Shown: positions 10,087 through 19,462, counted from the stretch's first letter. The stretch is 56,427 bases of DNA from a virus (IMGVR_UViG_3300005529_000043:1-56427), one strand, 5' to 3'. The notes: generated by a model from the letters alone, not told the origin. Program-made: numbers and translations.

Positions 10087-10467
10087 TTAAAGCTCCATCA
10101 AGCTATACCCAACGCTGTACGTATAGCTGGAGCCATCCACGTGTGTCACTTGAATTTGGAACCGCGGGGGGACAACGCCGGAGGTCGCCTGCTGGACCGA
10201 TCCCGATGCACTGCTGCACCCCGGTCCAATTACGTACGCATAGGTGCCGGTTGCCGTGACGGCGGTAGGGAGGGCGTTCAACGCAAACCCGTTACCACTG
10301 ATGGGATCGATTCCCAGAATCTGCACTTTCAGGCCGCCGGTTCCGGAGGCCGCAGTGACGTTGAGATAGACGACCATCCCCAGCACCCCGCGAGGATTCG
10401 CCTGGGTCGCGGAGGTCGTCGTTGTCGTGCGGGTAGCGAGCGGAAGGCCGCTTTGTGTGCTAATCAT
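10087..10467 (-). CDS. Small beta-rich virion protein
   Basis: 126 aa, Thr/Gly/Ser-rich, adjacent to portal stop. Confidence 0.6.
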   Translation of the reverse strand: MISTQSGLPLATRTTTTTSATQANPRGVLGMVVYLNVTAASGTGGLKVQILGIDPISGNGFALNALPTAVTATGTYAYVIGPGCSSASGSVQQATSGVVPPRFQIQVTHVDGSSYTYSVGYSLMEL

Positions 10468-12822
10468 TTAACTCGAAGTGCGTTTGATGGACCGGTTTGC
10501 GTTATCTTTGGCGGTTGGGACGCCGGTGCTCGACTTACCCTGATGGCCTCCGCCACCACGATCTCGTTCCCACGAAGGAGTGAGGTCGTTCTGATGCTCC
10601 TGCGCCATATCGAGAATCTCCTGGCGGAGCATTGCATGAAACGCGTTGTCGGACGCGACGGCAAGCGGTTCGGCTTCGACGCCGGCCGCCTGTAAGAGCG
10701 TGGCCTGCGTCGCGGGGCCTTCGGGGAGTTTTCCAGTCAGCGTAATCGATGGCATATTGCGCGCTGCCAAATCCGCGAGACGGCTCTTCACCATCGCCTG
10801 CATGATCTGGACCTCGAGCTTCTTCATGTCGCGCGACTGCTCGAACTGCTGGATTTGCTGCTCCATCTGGTTTTGCGCCTGGAGCCGCGCGTCCCGATTC
10901 TGGATAATCTTCGTCTTGTCTTCGAAATCGATGTCGGACAAATCCAAAATGACTTCGGCCGCATCCATCGCGAGGTCGGGAACCTGACCGAGTAACTGCA
11001 TCAGGCGCGAAAGGCGTGCGTCACGTTCTGTCGGGCTCGCGACCACTTCGCTGACAATGATGTTGAATTTCATGTCCTCAATGGATTTTACTCCGTAATC
11101 GAGGATGGAATGGAACTCCGGATTACTCGCCTCATCCGTCACCATCATCTGAACCCCTGGGTCCAGGAACTGTGAGTAGTAAAGAATATCCTCTGCGACT
11201 TGTTTATTGAAGCGCCGGAGCGCATCGAAGGCGGGGATATTCGCAAGCGACGCTTGCGATCGTAAAAACTGAGCGTTGCGTCCACTTTGTCCGGCGAAAG
11301 CTTCTTGGCCGATCGCATTGGGCCCTCCGAACTGCTGCTCCATGTCTCCGGAGACGATGCCGAAGAGCGTTTGATGGAGCGTGCCGGGTACAGGCGGCGC
11401 TGCGTGGTGGACTACTTCGCTCAAGTTCTTGCCAGCGGCGCGCGCGCCATTCACGAGCAAGACTTGGTTGGGGAGGGTGAGCGTTGCTTTGAGCTGGTCG
11501 TCCGATATTTTTTGTGGTACGGCATCCCGGTCGACAAGGGTAAGCCCCTTTACGCCGGACGCCATTTGGTCGATGAACGACAGGATGCGGTTACGCATGC
11601 GCTGGTCGTCCTTGCCATGCTCGAAGTAGCTCGTTACCTCGCCATCGTAAAACTCTGGGATGTAAAATTTATATGGGTATCGATCGACGGTCGAGGTCGT
11701 GACGCGGAGGAGCTGGTCCCCCACGAAGATAAATTGATCGATCACCGGCAGCGCGACCTGACGCGGAGCGCTGATGCGCGGAACCATTCCATAATACTCG
11801 ACGACGCCGGACTCGTAGTATTGCCGCATAAGCTTATTCGCTTCGTCGGCGGCCTGGTTCGGGGTGTCGTAGTAGTAGGAGGTGCCGCTGTACCCGTCGC
11901 GAATCAGCCACTTGGTGGCAAAGCGACGGCGATAAAATTCGCGCTTAAAAACAAGGGCGCCGTATGCGCGCTTGATAAAGGGATCGAAATACGTCGAGTA
12001 GTTGTCCTTGCGGCCGGCCGGAGCGTGAATCTTCGGGCGGATCATGGTGTATATGCTCTCGTACCCCGTCGCGCCGGTCAGTTGCCCCGACTGCCCCCAA
12101 ATCTCGTCGTGCCATTCGGGGAACTCCGCGGCCAGCGACGCCTTGTCGACGAAGTAGCCGCGCCACAGGTTCGACGTGTTCTGAAGGGAACCGTTCTGCG
12201 CGCTGTGGATGTCCCACATGAATTCCTGGGGGCGGTGCCGGTGCAGCGTGATTTTCCCAAACGGATCGTACGGGTCGAGACCGACACCGCACACGCCAAC
12301 GCCGCCGATGATACCGTCGCGAAAGATTTCGCTTTCGATCGCGTCCCAGTCGTTTGTCTGGGCGACCCATCGGAGGATATGGTTCATCATATCCGCCTTA
12401 CCCTCGGCGAGTTTATTTGCGGGGATCGCTCGCCAGTCGGTGCGCTGGCCCACCTGCTCGCCTAAGAGCGATAGGATGAAGCGCCGCATCACGTTGCTCA
12501 CGTAAGGCTTGCGGCCTTGCGCGATAATTGCTTCCCTGTCTTCGCGAGTCCATTGGTGCGAGAGAAAGAAGTCGACGTTCTCCTGATGGACTTCGGCGCG
12601 GGCTTCAAACCAGAAGCCGTGCAGGACCTCGAAGTTCTGCATTTCGCGGCGGACAGTCGAAGAGAGGTCCTGAGCGAGCCCTTTTAGTTCACTATAGTCC
12701 GGACCGCCATTAAGGGAAACGAGGCCCGCTTCCTCCGCAAGCGACTGGACCAGCCCCGGTTGAGCCTGGGCGGTCTGAAGGTTAAGCTGCTCTTCTTTTT
12801 CGAACGCGCTAAGAACTTGCAC
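10468..12822 (-). CDS. Portal protein (P22-like)
   Basis: 784 aa; DFF..HQW..E..GRKP..N, GIIGGVG, KDDQRMRN, QSGR motifs; C-terminal coiled-coil barrel. Confidence 0.88.
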   Translation of the reverse strand: MQVLSAFEKEEQLNLQTAQAQPGLVQSLAEEAGLVSLNGGPDYSELKGLAQDLSSTVRREMQNFEVLHGFWFEARAEVHQENVDFFLSHQWTREDREAIIAQGRKPYVSNVMRRFILSLLGEQVGQRTDWRAIPANKLAEGKADMMNHILRWVAQTNDWDAIESEIFRDGIIGGVGVCGVGLDPYDPFGKITLHRHRPQEFMWDIHSAQNGSLQNTSNLWRGYFVDKASLAAEFPEWHDEIWGQSGQLTGATGYESIYTMIRPKIHAPAGRKDNYSTYFDPFIKRAYGALVFKREFYRRRFATKWLIRDGYSGTSYYYDTPNQAADEANKLMRQYYESGVVEYYGMVPRISAPRQVALPVIDQFIFVGDQLLRVTTSTVDRYPYKFYIPEFYDGEVTSYFEHGKDDQRMRNRILSFIDQMASGVKGLTLVDRDAVPQKISDDQLKATLTLPNQVLLVNGARAAGKNLSEVVHHAAPPVPGTLHQTLFGIVSGDMEQQFGGPNAIGQEAFAGQSGRNAQFLRSQASLANIPAFDALRRFNKQVAEDILYYSQFLDPGVQMMVTDEASNPEFHSILDYGVKSIEDMKFNIIVSEVVASPTERDARLSRLMQLLGQVPDLAMDAAEVILDLSDIDFEDKTKIIQNRDARLQAQNQMEQQIQQFEQSRDMKKLEVQIMQAMVKSRLADLAARNMPSITLTGKLPEGPATQATLLQAAGVEAEPLAVASDNAFHAMLRQEILDMAQEHQNDLTPSWERDRGGGGHQGKSSTGVPTAKDNANRSIKRTSS

Positions 12823-12883
12823 GCGGAACGTGGGGAGAGGGACGGGCGCGCGAACGCGTCGCGCGAGAGGGGACCGTCGTTAA

Positions 12884-14083
12884 TTAGTCGCCGAACGGCA
12901 GACCGAAGATCGTGTGAGCGCCGGGAGTGGGAACCGGGGACTGTGGCGCAGCAGGGGCGGACGGAGAGACGGGCGTAGCTGCCGAAGGGTCCGCATGCGA
13001 TTTCCAGTCTTCCATCGGGCTCGATGGGGTACGGGATGGATCGCTGTCGTAAGTCGCGGCCGGACCGTTCCAGTAGTCCTGGAACCGCGTGCCGGCGTTC
13101 AAGATCAGACCGAGCCGACTATAACCAGCCTTCGTGTTTTCATCGATCGTGGGGTCCGAGAGTCGCCCGTTGATATAGTTACCGTAAAAATCATGGTTCC
13201 GAACGTCGAAGGGGTTATCCACCTTCACGCCACCCAGCATCTGATTCGTAGCGCTCGTGACGTTAGGCCCGAAGCCGCCGTATTGCGCTTGCAGCAGGAC
13301 CTTGGAGTGAGCGAGATCGAGGCTCTTGTTTGCCGCGTCGAGCTCCGCCTGCTTAGCTTTAATTGCAGCATCGAGCTCTTTCGCCTTCGCAATATCGCCC
13401 TGGTCCAGCGAAGCGGGGTCGATGGCTTTGCGCTGGGCGCTGAGGTCTTTCAGGTCGGCGGAAAGCCGCCCAGAAGTATTCGCCGCCGACTGATACGCCG
13501 CGGCGTCGTTCAACGCCTCATTAGAAACGTCGTCTCCAACGGCGGGGGGCGCCGTTTTAGTAGCGACCTCAGCCTGCTTCAGCTTGTACTCCGCGGCCGC
13601 ATTCTGTCCGCCCCACGCCTCGGAAAGCTGGGTTCCCGTATGCGCGCTCTGAGCCGCAGGCGTTAATTTTGGAACGAACGAAAGGGCTGTGAGATTCGGG
13701 GCGGCCGCATTCGGGTTCCCCATTTCGTCCCCGATGTAGTTGAGCAGGATCGACGCGCGTTCGCGGTCGGCCGGATCGGCGTCCTGATTCAGTGCCGTTT
13801 CTTTCAGCGGCGCAGCGGCGAGCTGGAGCGCTTTGACCGTATCTTCGCGCTGACTTTTGATGTCTTCGTGCGCGAGCGTTAACTTTTTAAGCGCGTCCTC
13901 GTGCTCTTGTTTCGCCTGCTCGAGCGTCCGCTTGTTGGCGAGCGCGTTCGCCTGCTCCGACTCCTCTACTTCGTTGTCGGCCTCTTTTTGAGCCGCCGCC
14001 GCACCCAGCCTAAAAGAGGAAAGAAACGCGTTGGCATTTGCTTCACGCTGGGCGTCGTCCGTTTTAAACGTAAGAAAGGACAT
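12884..14083 (-). CDS. Ala-rich coiled-coil protein, possible ejection/internal virion protein
   Basis: 399 aa helical ORF in late operon. Confidence 0.45.
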   Translation of the reverse strand: MSFLTFKTDDAQREANANAFLSSFRLGAAAAQKEADNEVEESEQANALANKRTLEQAKQEHEDALKKLTLAHEDIKSQREDTVKALQLAAAPLKETALNQDADPADRERASILLNYIGDEMGNPNAAAPNLTALSFVPKLTPAAQSAHTGTQLSEAWGGQNAAAEYKLKQAEVATKTAPPAVGDDVSNEALNDAAAYQSAANTSGRLSADLKDLSAQRKAIDPASLDQGDIAKAKELDAAIKAKQAELDAANKSLDLAHSKVLLQAQYGGFGPNVTSATNQMLGGVKVDNPFDVRNHDFYGNYINGRLSDPTIDENTKAGYSRLGLILNAGTRFQDYWNGPAATYDSDPSRTPSSPMEDWKSHADPSAATPVSPSAPAAPQSPVPTPGAHTIFGLPFGD

Positions 14084-14148
14084 GCAGGGAAGAGAAGGAC
14101 GGGAGGGAAAATTGGAAGCAGACTATCGGCGGTCTGCCAGCGCACTCG

Positions 14149-14221
14149 TAACGGGGACGGGATTCGAACCCGTGACCTTCGGCTTATGAGGCCGACGAGC
14201 TGGCCGCTGCTCTACCCCGCA
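14149..14221 (-). tRNA. tRNA-Met(CAT), initiator-like, no encoded CCA
   Basis: TGCGGGG TA GAGC AGCGGCCA GCTC G TCGGC CTCATAA GCCGA AGGTC ACGGG TTCGAAT CCCGT CCCCGTT A; 1:72 mismatch and overall sequence resemble tRNA-fMet. Confidence 0.9.
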
Positions 14222-14223
14222 AT

Positions 14224-14262
14224 AAAAAAAGCCCACAAAACTCTCTGCGAATTTTGTGGGCT
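14224..14262 (-). terminator. Rho-independent terminator immediately upstream of tRNA-Met
   Basis: AGCCCACAAAA..TTTTGTGGGCT stem followed by T7. Confidence 0.75.
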
Positions 14263-14335
14263 CGAAGAGTCGCGGGTCTGGCCCGCTATCTCTTGCTTAA
14301 ATAATACAACGGCGAATGTTTAAAAATAGTTCGCC

Positions 14336-14593
14336 TCAGTGGTCGCCGATGCTATGCTCGCGAGCGGCGCGATCGATGTTCGCTTTTACTTCGGCAGCCT
14401 TGTCGCCGAGCGCCGCGCGGTTCTTCGGCATTCCGATGTACGACTCGGCGGCGCGGATATGTTCATCCGTATCGATCGGATATTTATGGTCTGCCGGGTC
14501 CGCGAACTTTACGTCGCCATATTTCTTCTCACCTTCATCGGCGCCGTCGTGCCCATGAAGGTCGTGAATCGTGTAACCTTGTTTAGCCGCCAT
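14336..14593 (-). CDS. DUF6582-like small protein
   Basis: FADP..HKYPIDTDEHIRAAESYI signature. Confidence 0.7.
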   Translation of the reverse strand: MAAKQGYTIHDLHGHDGADEGEKKYGDVKFADPADHKYPIDTDEHIRAAESYIGMPKNRAALGDKAAEVKANIDRAAREHSIGDH

Positions 14594-15055
14594 TTATGAC
14601 GCTGCGGGTGTATCGGTGGGAGCAACGGATAGATCGGCCGGGGGAGCGGGCTCGGAGGGGGCCGAGTTCTCAGCCGGAGCCGGTGCGTCGCTCGATGGCG
14701 CGGGGAGATCGGCAGGCGGCGACGCAGGTTCTGCCGGCGAACTCGTCGGATCGCTTGCCGGAGCCGGAGCGACATCGTCGTTCGTCCATTCGGCGATCAC
14801 GCGCGTATTCGAGACTTTCACCATCGTGTTCGTGTCCGTGTCGAGCACTCGTTCCTCGTACTCCTCTACGAGCTGGGCGGACGCCTGTTCGGCTAAACTC
14901 AAAAAGTGCTTGACGGATTTTTCACCCGTCACCGGGTCCGGGACAACAGTTCCCTTCACCATCGCGTCGAACTCGTGGGAGGCGATGACGGAGTTAAGAG
15001 GGTTATAGGTCTGCGACTCGGTCGCGCCGAGCGGGGTGTGGACAATGTAGATCAT
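14594..15055 (-). CDS. Hypothetical protein with Pro/Ala/Ser-rich tail
   Basis: Tightly packed with neighbours in late operon. Confidence 0.6.
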   Translation of the reverse strand: MIYIVHTPLGATESQTYNPLNSVIASHEFDAMVKGTVVPDPVTGEKSVKHFLSLAEQASAQLVEEYEERVLDTDTNTMVKVSNTRVIAEWTNDDVAPAPASDPTSSPAEPASPPADLPAPSSDAPAPAENSAPSEPAPPADLSVAPTDTPAAS

Positions 15056-15264
15056 TCTGGGTCTTGCTTGTTGATAGTGACGCCTTTCTTATTGGCTTTG
15101 AGGACGTAGCGTTTCGTCGTCCCCAGATCGCCCTGCGTCGTATGTGTGATAGCTATTTCTGTGGCGTCTTCGAAAATATATTCGTGACGCCCGATCCTGA
15201 GCCGCACCTGCGCTAAGCGTTTAAACGGCCCATATCGATGCTCGTCCGTAGACAGTCTGCTCAT
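15052..15264 (-). CDS. Small hypothetical protein
   Basis: Fills gap after terminase; ATGA overlap with next gene. Confidence 0.45.
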   Translation of the reverse strand: MSRLSTDEHRYGPFKRLAQVRLRIGRHEYIFEDATEIAITHTTQGDLGTTKRYVLKANKKGVTINKQDPE

Positions 15265-16825
15265 AAATTCTTTCGTAGGCTCCTTCGGCGCGCGGGCTGT
15301 TGTACCCAGCCCCGTAGCTCGACTCCGGCGGCACGTAGTCGGAGCGGCCGGCAGCCATATAGAGATAGCGAAGCGCGTCCGATTCGTCGTCGCCTTCGCC
15401 CGGAGGATATTCCCCCGTGGTCTTTTTCACGTCTTCCGGCCGACGATCGTCATGCTGGAGCTTTCTAATGCTACTCCAGAGAAAATGAAGATCATCGAAA
15501 ATTCGAATCTTCGGTTTCTTCTTGAGCCGCGTGACGACATTGCCGTCCCGATCGCGGTCCTCCTCCTGCTCGTAATGGAATCCTTCCAGGAGTGCCTGCC
15601 ATCCAGCGATTCGGTCGTTGTTGGCTTTTAAGAGGCGGAAGCTCCCGATCTCGTCCTCGGCGTTGTAAATCTCACCGGGTGTGCGATTCCCCTCGAGAGA
15701 ACCGTCCGTTTTCCACATCGAAGGATCGCCGACCGCGACGAGGAACTTATCTAATTCGAATCCCGTCTGGGCGATCCGGTGCGCGATCCCTTCTTTATTC
15801 TGGAGTGGGGAGCGCCGGACCGCACTATAATCCATCCCGACCCATAGGGTGCCATCGAAATCGACGCGAGCGGCGATCGCCGCGCACGGGTGGGCGTAGC
15901 CCTGGTCGACGGCAAGGAATGAGTTCCATTCCTTCGGCATTTCGAACCGCCTGACGAGGTGGACGTCGGGAACGAGGTCGTAGAACTGACCTTCGAAAAC
16001 ATCCCAGTGGCCGTAGAAATAAGCGTCGCGCAGCTTGGGCGGCTTTTTGTACAGCGCGTCCAGGTACTGCGCGGGGAGGGTCGGGTTGTCGATCGGAAGG
16101 GCCTGAATAAAATAGTGCCCTTTACTGACGTACCCCGTCTCCGGATTCTTGCGCGGTTTATCGCGTTTATCCGGGTCTACGAAACGGCGACGTACCCACG
16201 CAGCGCCAACGCCGGTAGGATTTGTAGCGCAAAGTATTGGAGAGTGTTCGATGCCTGGCCAGCGCAAGCGTGTCGCAAGAAAGTCGTACTCAGACTCTTC
16301 AATCTCGGTGACTTCATCAATCGCCGCCATCGCGAACTCGACGGATTTGTACTTATCGGGATCATCTAAATTTCGGAACTGAATAATACCGCCCCCATAC
16401 TCGGGGTAGAGGCGGTATTCGTTGGACTTGCCGTGAAAATACCCGAGCCACTTGGGGAAGTGCCGCTCGATTTCTTTTAGGTGCCGATCCTCGATGGCCT
16501 TATACGTCGAGCAGAAAAGACCAACGCGCACATTCATGTGGCCTTCGGCGGCACGATCGAGAAGGAACTTTACGCAAGCCCAGCGCAGAATCCACGACTT
16601 CCCCGAACCCATACTGCCGCCGTACAGCACGGCGTCGTACATATCCATCGCGCGCAGGAACTCGACCTGCTTCGGAAGGACGATCCGTTCGCCGGGCTTG
16701 ATCTCGTATTTCGTTCCGCCTGAATCGCGAACGAAGAGCGAGATCTTTTTTGTATTGTAGAGCGGCCAGACGAGAGACGCTAAATCAACGTTCGTCTCGC
16801 TGGTCTTCGGATTGAGAATTATCAT
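15221..16825 (-). CDS. terL: Terminase large subunit
   Basis: Walker A GGSMGSGKS, Walker B AAIDEVTE, ATNP motif, nuclease VDQGY..GDPS..DDESDALRY. Confidence 0.95.
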   Translation of the reverse strand: MIILNPKTSETNVDLASLVWPLYNTKKISLFVRDSGGTKYEIKPGERIVLPKQVEFLRAMDMYDAVLYGGSMGSGKSWILRWACVKFLLDRAAEGHMNVRVGLFCSTYKAIEDRHLKEIERHFPKWLGYFHGKSNEYRLYPEYGGGIIQFRNLDDPDKYKSVEFAMAAIDEVTEIEESEYDFLATRLRWPGIEHSPILCATNPTGVGAAWVRRRFVDPDKRDKPRKNPETGYVSKGHYFIQALPIDNPTLPAQYLDALYKKPPKLRDAYFYGHWDVFEGQFYDLVPDVHLVRRFEMPKEWNSFLAVDQGYAHPCAAIAARVDFDGTLWVGMDYSAVRRSPLQNKEGIAHRIAQTGFELDKFLVAVGDPSMWKTDGSLEGNRTPGEIYNAEDEIGSFRLLKANNDRIAGWQALLEGFHYEQEEDRDRDGNVVTRLKKKPKIRIFDDLHFLWSSIRKLQHDDRRPEDVKKTTGEYPPGEGDDESDALRYLYMAAGRSDYVPPESSYGAGYNSPRAEGAYERIYEQTVYGRASIWAV

Positions 16826-17201
16826 CCGGGACGGGTTGTGGGGCGGGAACCGGAGCGCCGACGTCAGGGAGGGCGAAGTTCAGCGTCGGCTTATCTTGCT
16901 TCTTGGGGGCTTCCTGCTGGGCAGCCTTCCCCATCGTAAAGTTGATGTAATCAACTGCGGCCTGGCGCGCGACCTCGGGCTTTACCTTCGAGTCGTCGGC
17001 GATTTCGTAGAGCCGGTCGAAGCAGCGTTTCAGCTTCGTCTTCGAAATCGCGTGCAGCCGCGCCTCCTCGAAAACATCTTCGATGGTTGCGTCGGGGTCC
17101 TTGCGAGGGCGGCCGGGCCCGCGCTTGGGTGGGCCTTCGGGAGAAGGCCCTTCGTCTTCGATCGGCTCCTCGTCAAAGACAGGAGCCTCAGCGTCGCTCA
17201 T
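16785..17201 (-). CDS. Probable terminase small subunit
   Basis: Start re-called at ATG 17201 (TAATG overlap); KRGPGRPRK and MGKAAQ motifs; directly upstream of terL. Confidence 0.6.
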   Translation of the reverse strand: MSDAEAPVFDEEPIEDEGPSPEGPPKRGPGRPRKDPDATIEDVFEEARLHAISKTKLKRCFDRLYEIADDSKVKPEVARQAAVDYINFTMGKAAQQEAPKKQDKPTLNFALPDVGAPVPAPQPVPDDNSQSEDQRDER

Positions 17202-17533
17202 TACGCGGCAACGGAGAAGAGGAGCCACTCGGAGTTTTTGCCGTCGTAGATCAGACCTACGCATCCGGCGCCGGTGGTCGCGACGGTGTTACCCAACAGG
17301 TTAATTTGATTCCCGCTCTTGGAGCTGGAACTTCCCTTGTCGGTAATCGTCATGGCGTTGGAGGTCGTGTTATACAAAATCACGATTTCGCCATCACGGC
17401 CGCTGGCAATACCGTCGATCGAGAATGCGCCCGTCGGACCGCTGATGCGGACGAGCGACTGGTCTGCGCCGTCAATGTCGTGGTTGGCGCCGTTTGCCAG
17501 CGTAATCGTAACTGGCCGAGTTTGAAGTTTCAT
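17201..17533 (-). CDS. Small beta-rich virion/fibre-like protein
   Basis: SIDGIASGRDGEIVILYN..LIYDG...W pattern seen in phage fibre domains. Confidence 0.55.
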   Translation of the reverse strand: MKLQTRPVTITLANGANHDIDGADQSLVRISGPTGAFSIDGIASGRDGEIVILYNTTSNAMTITDKGSSSSKSGNQINLLGNTVATTGAGCVGLIYDGKNSEWLLFSVAA

Positions 17534-17554
17534 TTTGGGAGGAGGAAGGTCGAG

Positions 17555-17773
17555 TTAAGAGTGGACGTTATCTTGAGGATAGCCGAAGTCGCCGTCAGCC
17601 GGCTCGCCAGCGTTGGTGTCTTCGATCGCACTTTGGGCTCCCGGCTCATCGAGCCATTCGGAGGCGCCTCGCGCAACGGTGGGAGCTGAAGCCGATATAT
17701 TGAACGGATCGACAGCTTCCTTGTGGCCGGCCGATTTTGGGACCGACACAGGGACAAGAGGGTCGTTGGACAT
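17555..17773 (-). CDS. Small acidic hypothetical protein
   Basis: ORF in operon orientation. Confidence 0.45.
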   Translation of the reverse strand: MSNDPLVPVSVPKSAGHKEAVDPFNISASAPTVARGASEWLDEPGAQSAIEDTNAGEPADGDFGYPQDNVHS

Positions 17774-17782
17774 GGAAACTTT

Positions 17783-17813
17783 AAAAAGAAAAGGCCCCGT
17801 GAGGGCGGGGCCT
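17783..17813 (-). terminator. Rho-independent terminator
   Basis: AGGCCCCG-CCCTCA-CGGGGCCT-TTTCTTTTT. Confidence 0.7.
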
Positions 17814-17842
17814 GGAAACTATTTCTACGACGAGAAGGGGCT

Positions 17843-18115
17843 TCATCCCGCACCCGAGTTCTTCACCCACGGCGTCCAATAGTAGCTCGGTAGAAGGTCG
17901 TCTACCTTACCATGAAGACCGCCTTCGCGATACCGGCGATGCTCGGTCGCGCGCACGTAGGAGTCATCCCGATAAGCAGAATCGACCCAGTGCATAAGCG
18001 AGTCGTAGGAACTTGGGGCCGACGGACGCGCGTGGTGTGTGCGATGGCCGTGTAGCCGCGGCGACGAAAGAAGCGCGAAGATGAGCAATAAACTGTTCAT
18101 GCTCATCCTTAACAA
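17843..18115 (-). CDS. Small protein with hydrophobic N-terminus
   Basis: Signal/TM-like LLLIFALLS. Confidence 0.4.
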   Translation of the reverse strand: MLRMSMNSLLLIFALLSSPRLHGHRTHHARPSAPSSYDSLMHWVDSAYRDDSYVRATEHRRYREGGLHGKVDDLLPSYYWTPWVKNSGAG

Positions 18116-18138
18116 AAAAAATCGTGCCAGAATTACTA

Positions 18139-18702
18139 TTATTTCACCGGCTCTTTAACCGTCGTCGCAGGCGTATACTGCGGCTGGCCGGACTGTGGGT
18201 CGACCTGGAACTGATCGGGATTGCTGAACGGATCGGCGGCGATGAAGCCGGGGCGCGGCTGGACGCGGGGGGTTCCTGGCTGCGGGCGCTCATCGGCGGG
18301 GAGCGAAGCCATGTCCTGGGCGTGGGCGGCCTCCAGGACGTCGGCGTCCGAATGTAAGCCCTCGCCGAACGGGTGCGTGATGCCGCGGTCGGGATGTCCC
18401 TCGGGGAATTCTTTGACGCCCATACCCTTCACGTCCGCGTTATCCGGATCGTAGTATTCCACGCCGGCGCCAACGGGAAGCTTTTTCTCGTCGTCAGTCA
18501 TGCCGTATCCATCCGTCCCATGCGTGCGCGTGCGTGTGCGTTCGACTTTGGGTTCCGGGGCCGGAGTAAGAACGCCGCCCTGGGGACGGGCTGGAGGGTT
18601 CCCGCCGCCGTCATAAGCTCCAGAGTCTCCGGAGTCGCCGGACGCCGGCATAGAGTTAATGTGGTCGTCGTGAGAGTAGGTCTCGAGTAAAGTACCTGGC
18701 AT
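18139..18702 (-). CDS. Pro/Gly-rich hypothetical protein, first gene of late operon
   Basis: 187 aa ORF next to divergent AT-rich region. Confidence 0.55.
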   Translation of the reverse strand: MPGTLLETYSHDDHINSMPASGDSGDSGAYDGGGNPPARPQGGVLTPAPEPKVERTRTRTHGTDGYGMTDDEKKLPVGAGVEYYDPDNADVKGMGVKEFPEGHPDRGITHPFGEGLHSDADVLEAAHAQDMASLPADERPQPGTPRVQPRPGFIAADPFSNPDQFQVDPQSGQPQYTPATTVKEPVK

Positions 18703-18811
18703 TGGTAAAAGCTATATAGCGGAAAGAGGGGAAGAAAAGGTGGGGGACCGCACGCCTTCGAAGAATCGTGCGTATTAAATATAACCCCAAAACTCACAAA
18801 AAGAGTCCCAT

Positions 18812-18880
18812 ACTCAGGATTTCTCAGAATTCATAAAAAAAATTTGAGTAAGTCGGAACTACGCTGAGTTTGTCTGAGTT
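18812..18880. promoter_or_regulatory. Operator-like ACTCAG-N4-(A/T)CTCAG repeats in divergent promoter region
   Basis: ACTCAGGATTTCTCAG (18812-18827) and CTGAGTTTGTCTGAGT (18864-18879); matching element at 55078-55157. Confidence 0.6.
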
Positions 18881-18992
18881 ATACTCTCCGAATCGACAAT
18901 ATGGGCGTCGGAAACGCCGATCGTCCACAGCGGGACTTCACTTAACTAAAGACTATATGAAGCGCAAATAACCCCTGCCCCAACGACAGCGA

Positions 18993-19349
18993 TTGAATAG
19001 GTACGAGCGTGCAGCTCGAAGCAGGTCGCGGGTCGCTCGGCGGAAGGAAGAGTTGCGAAGGATACGGGCCGCGTTCTATCGCGCCTGCCCGTGCGGCGAA
19101 AGCGATCCTGCCTGCCTCGACTTCCACCACAAGGACCCCAGCCTCAAAGTCGCCCCGATCTCCGACATGATAACCAACTGCGTTTCGACGGAAGCGTTCC
19201 TCGCGGAGCTGAGTAAATGCGTCTGCATTTGCTCGAACTGTCATCGGAAGCACGAAGCGGAAAAGCGGGGATACCGAACGGCCGACTACACACTTAAAAC
19301 CGAATTCGAGTCCGAGAGTTTCGATCACGAAAGCGAGGTGGAAGAGTAA
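18993..19349 (+). CDS. HNH endonuclease
   Basis: CPCGESDPACLDFHH..KCVCICSNCHRKH; an upstream in-frame ATG (18957) is interrupted by TAA at 18969. Confidence 0.8.
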   Translation: MNRYERAARSRSRVARRKEELRRIRAAFYRACPCGESDPACLDFHHKDPSLKVAPISDMITNCVSTEAFLAELSKCVCICSNCHRKHEAEKRGYRTADYTLKTEFESESFDHESEVEE

Positions 19350-19359
19350 CGTTTTTTTT

Positions 19360-19462
19360 GGGCGCCGTAGCTCAGTGGGTTAGAGCGTCCAGGGCCTCTG
19401 AGGGGATGGAATCGCCTCACGCCACTGGAAGGCCGCGGGTTCAAGTCCCGTCGGTGCCCCCA
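19360..19462 (+). ncRNA. tRNA-like RNA A with 32-nt hairpin replacing the anticodon loop
   Basis: Acceptor GGCGCCG/CGGTGCC, D arm GCTC/GAGC, TCCAG/CTGGA stem, T arm GCGGG-TTCAAGT-CCCGT, C73 plus CCA, G-1. Confidence 0.8.

Noticed and set aside
34-13666. Long plus-strand ORFs (e.g. 811-1596, 7301-8461, 11287-12465)
   Set aside because: Arg-rich antisense shadows in register with the real minus-strand virion genes
18957-18992. Stop-codon reassignment suggested by in-frame TAA in the HNH gene
   Set aside because: TAA, TAG and TGA all end well-supported genes with tight overlaps; no suppressor tRNA seen
19393-19424. Insert in element A as a group I or bulge-helix-bulge intron
   Set aside because: Far too short for group I; I could not find an excision that restores a canonical 7-nt loop with U33
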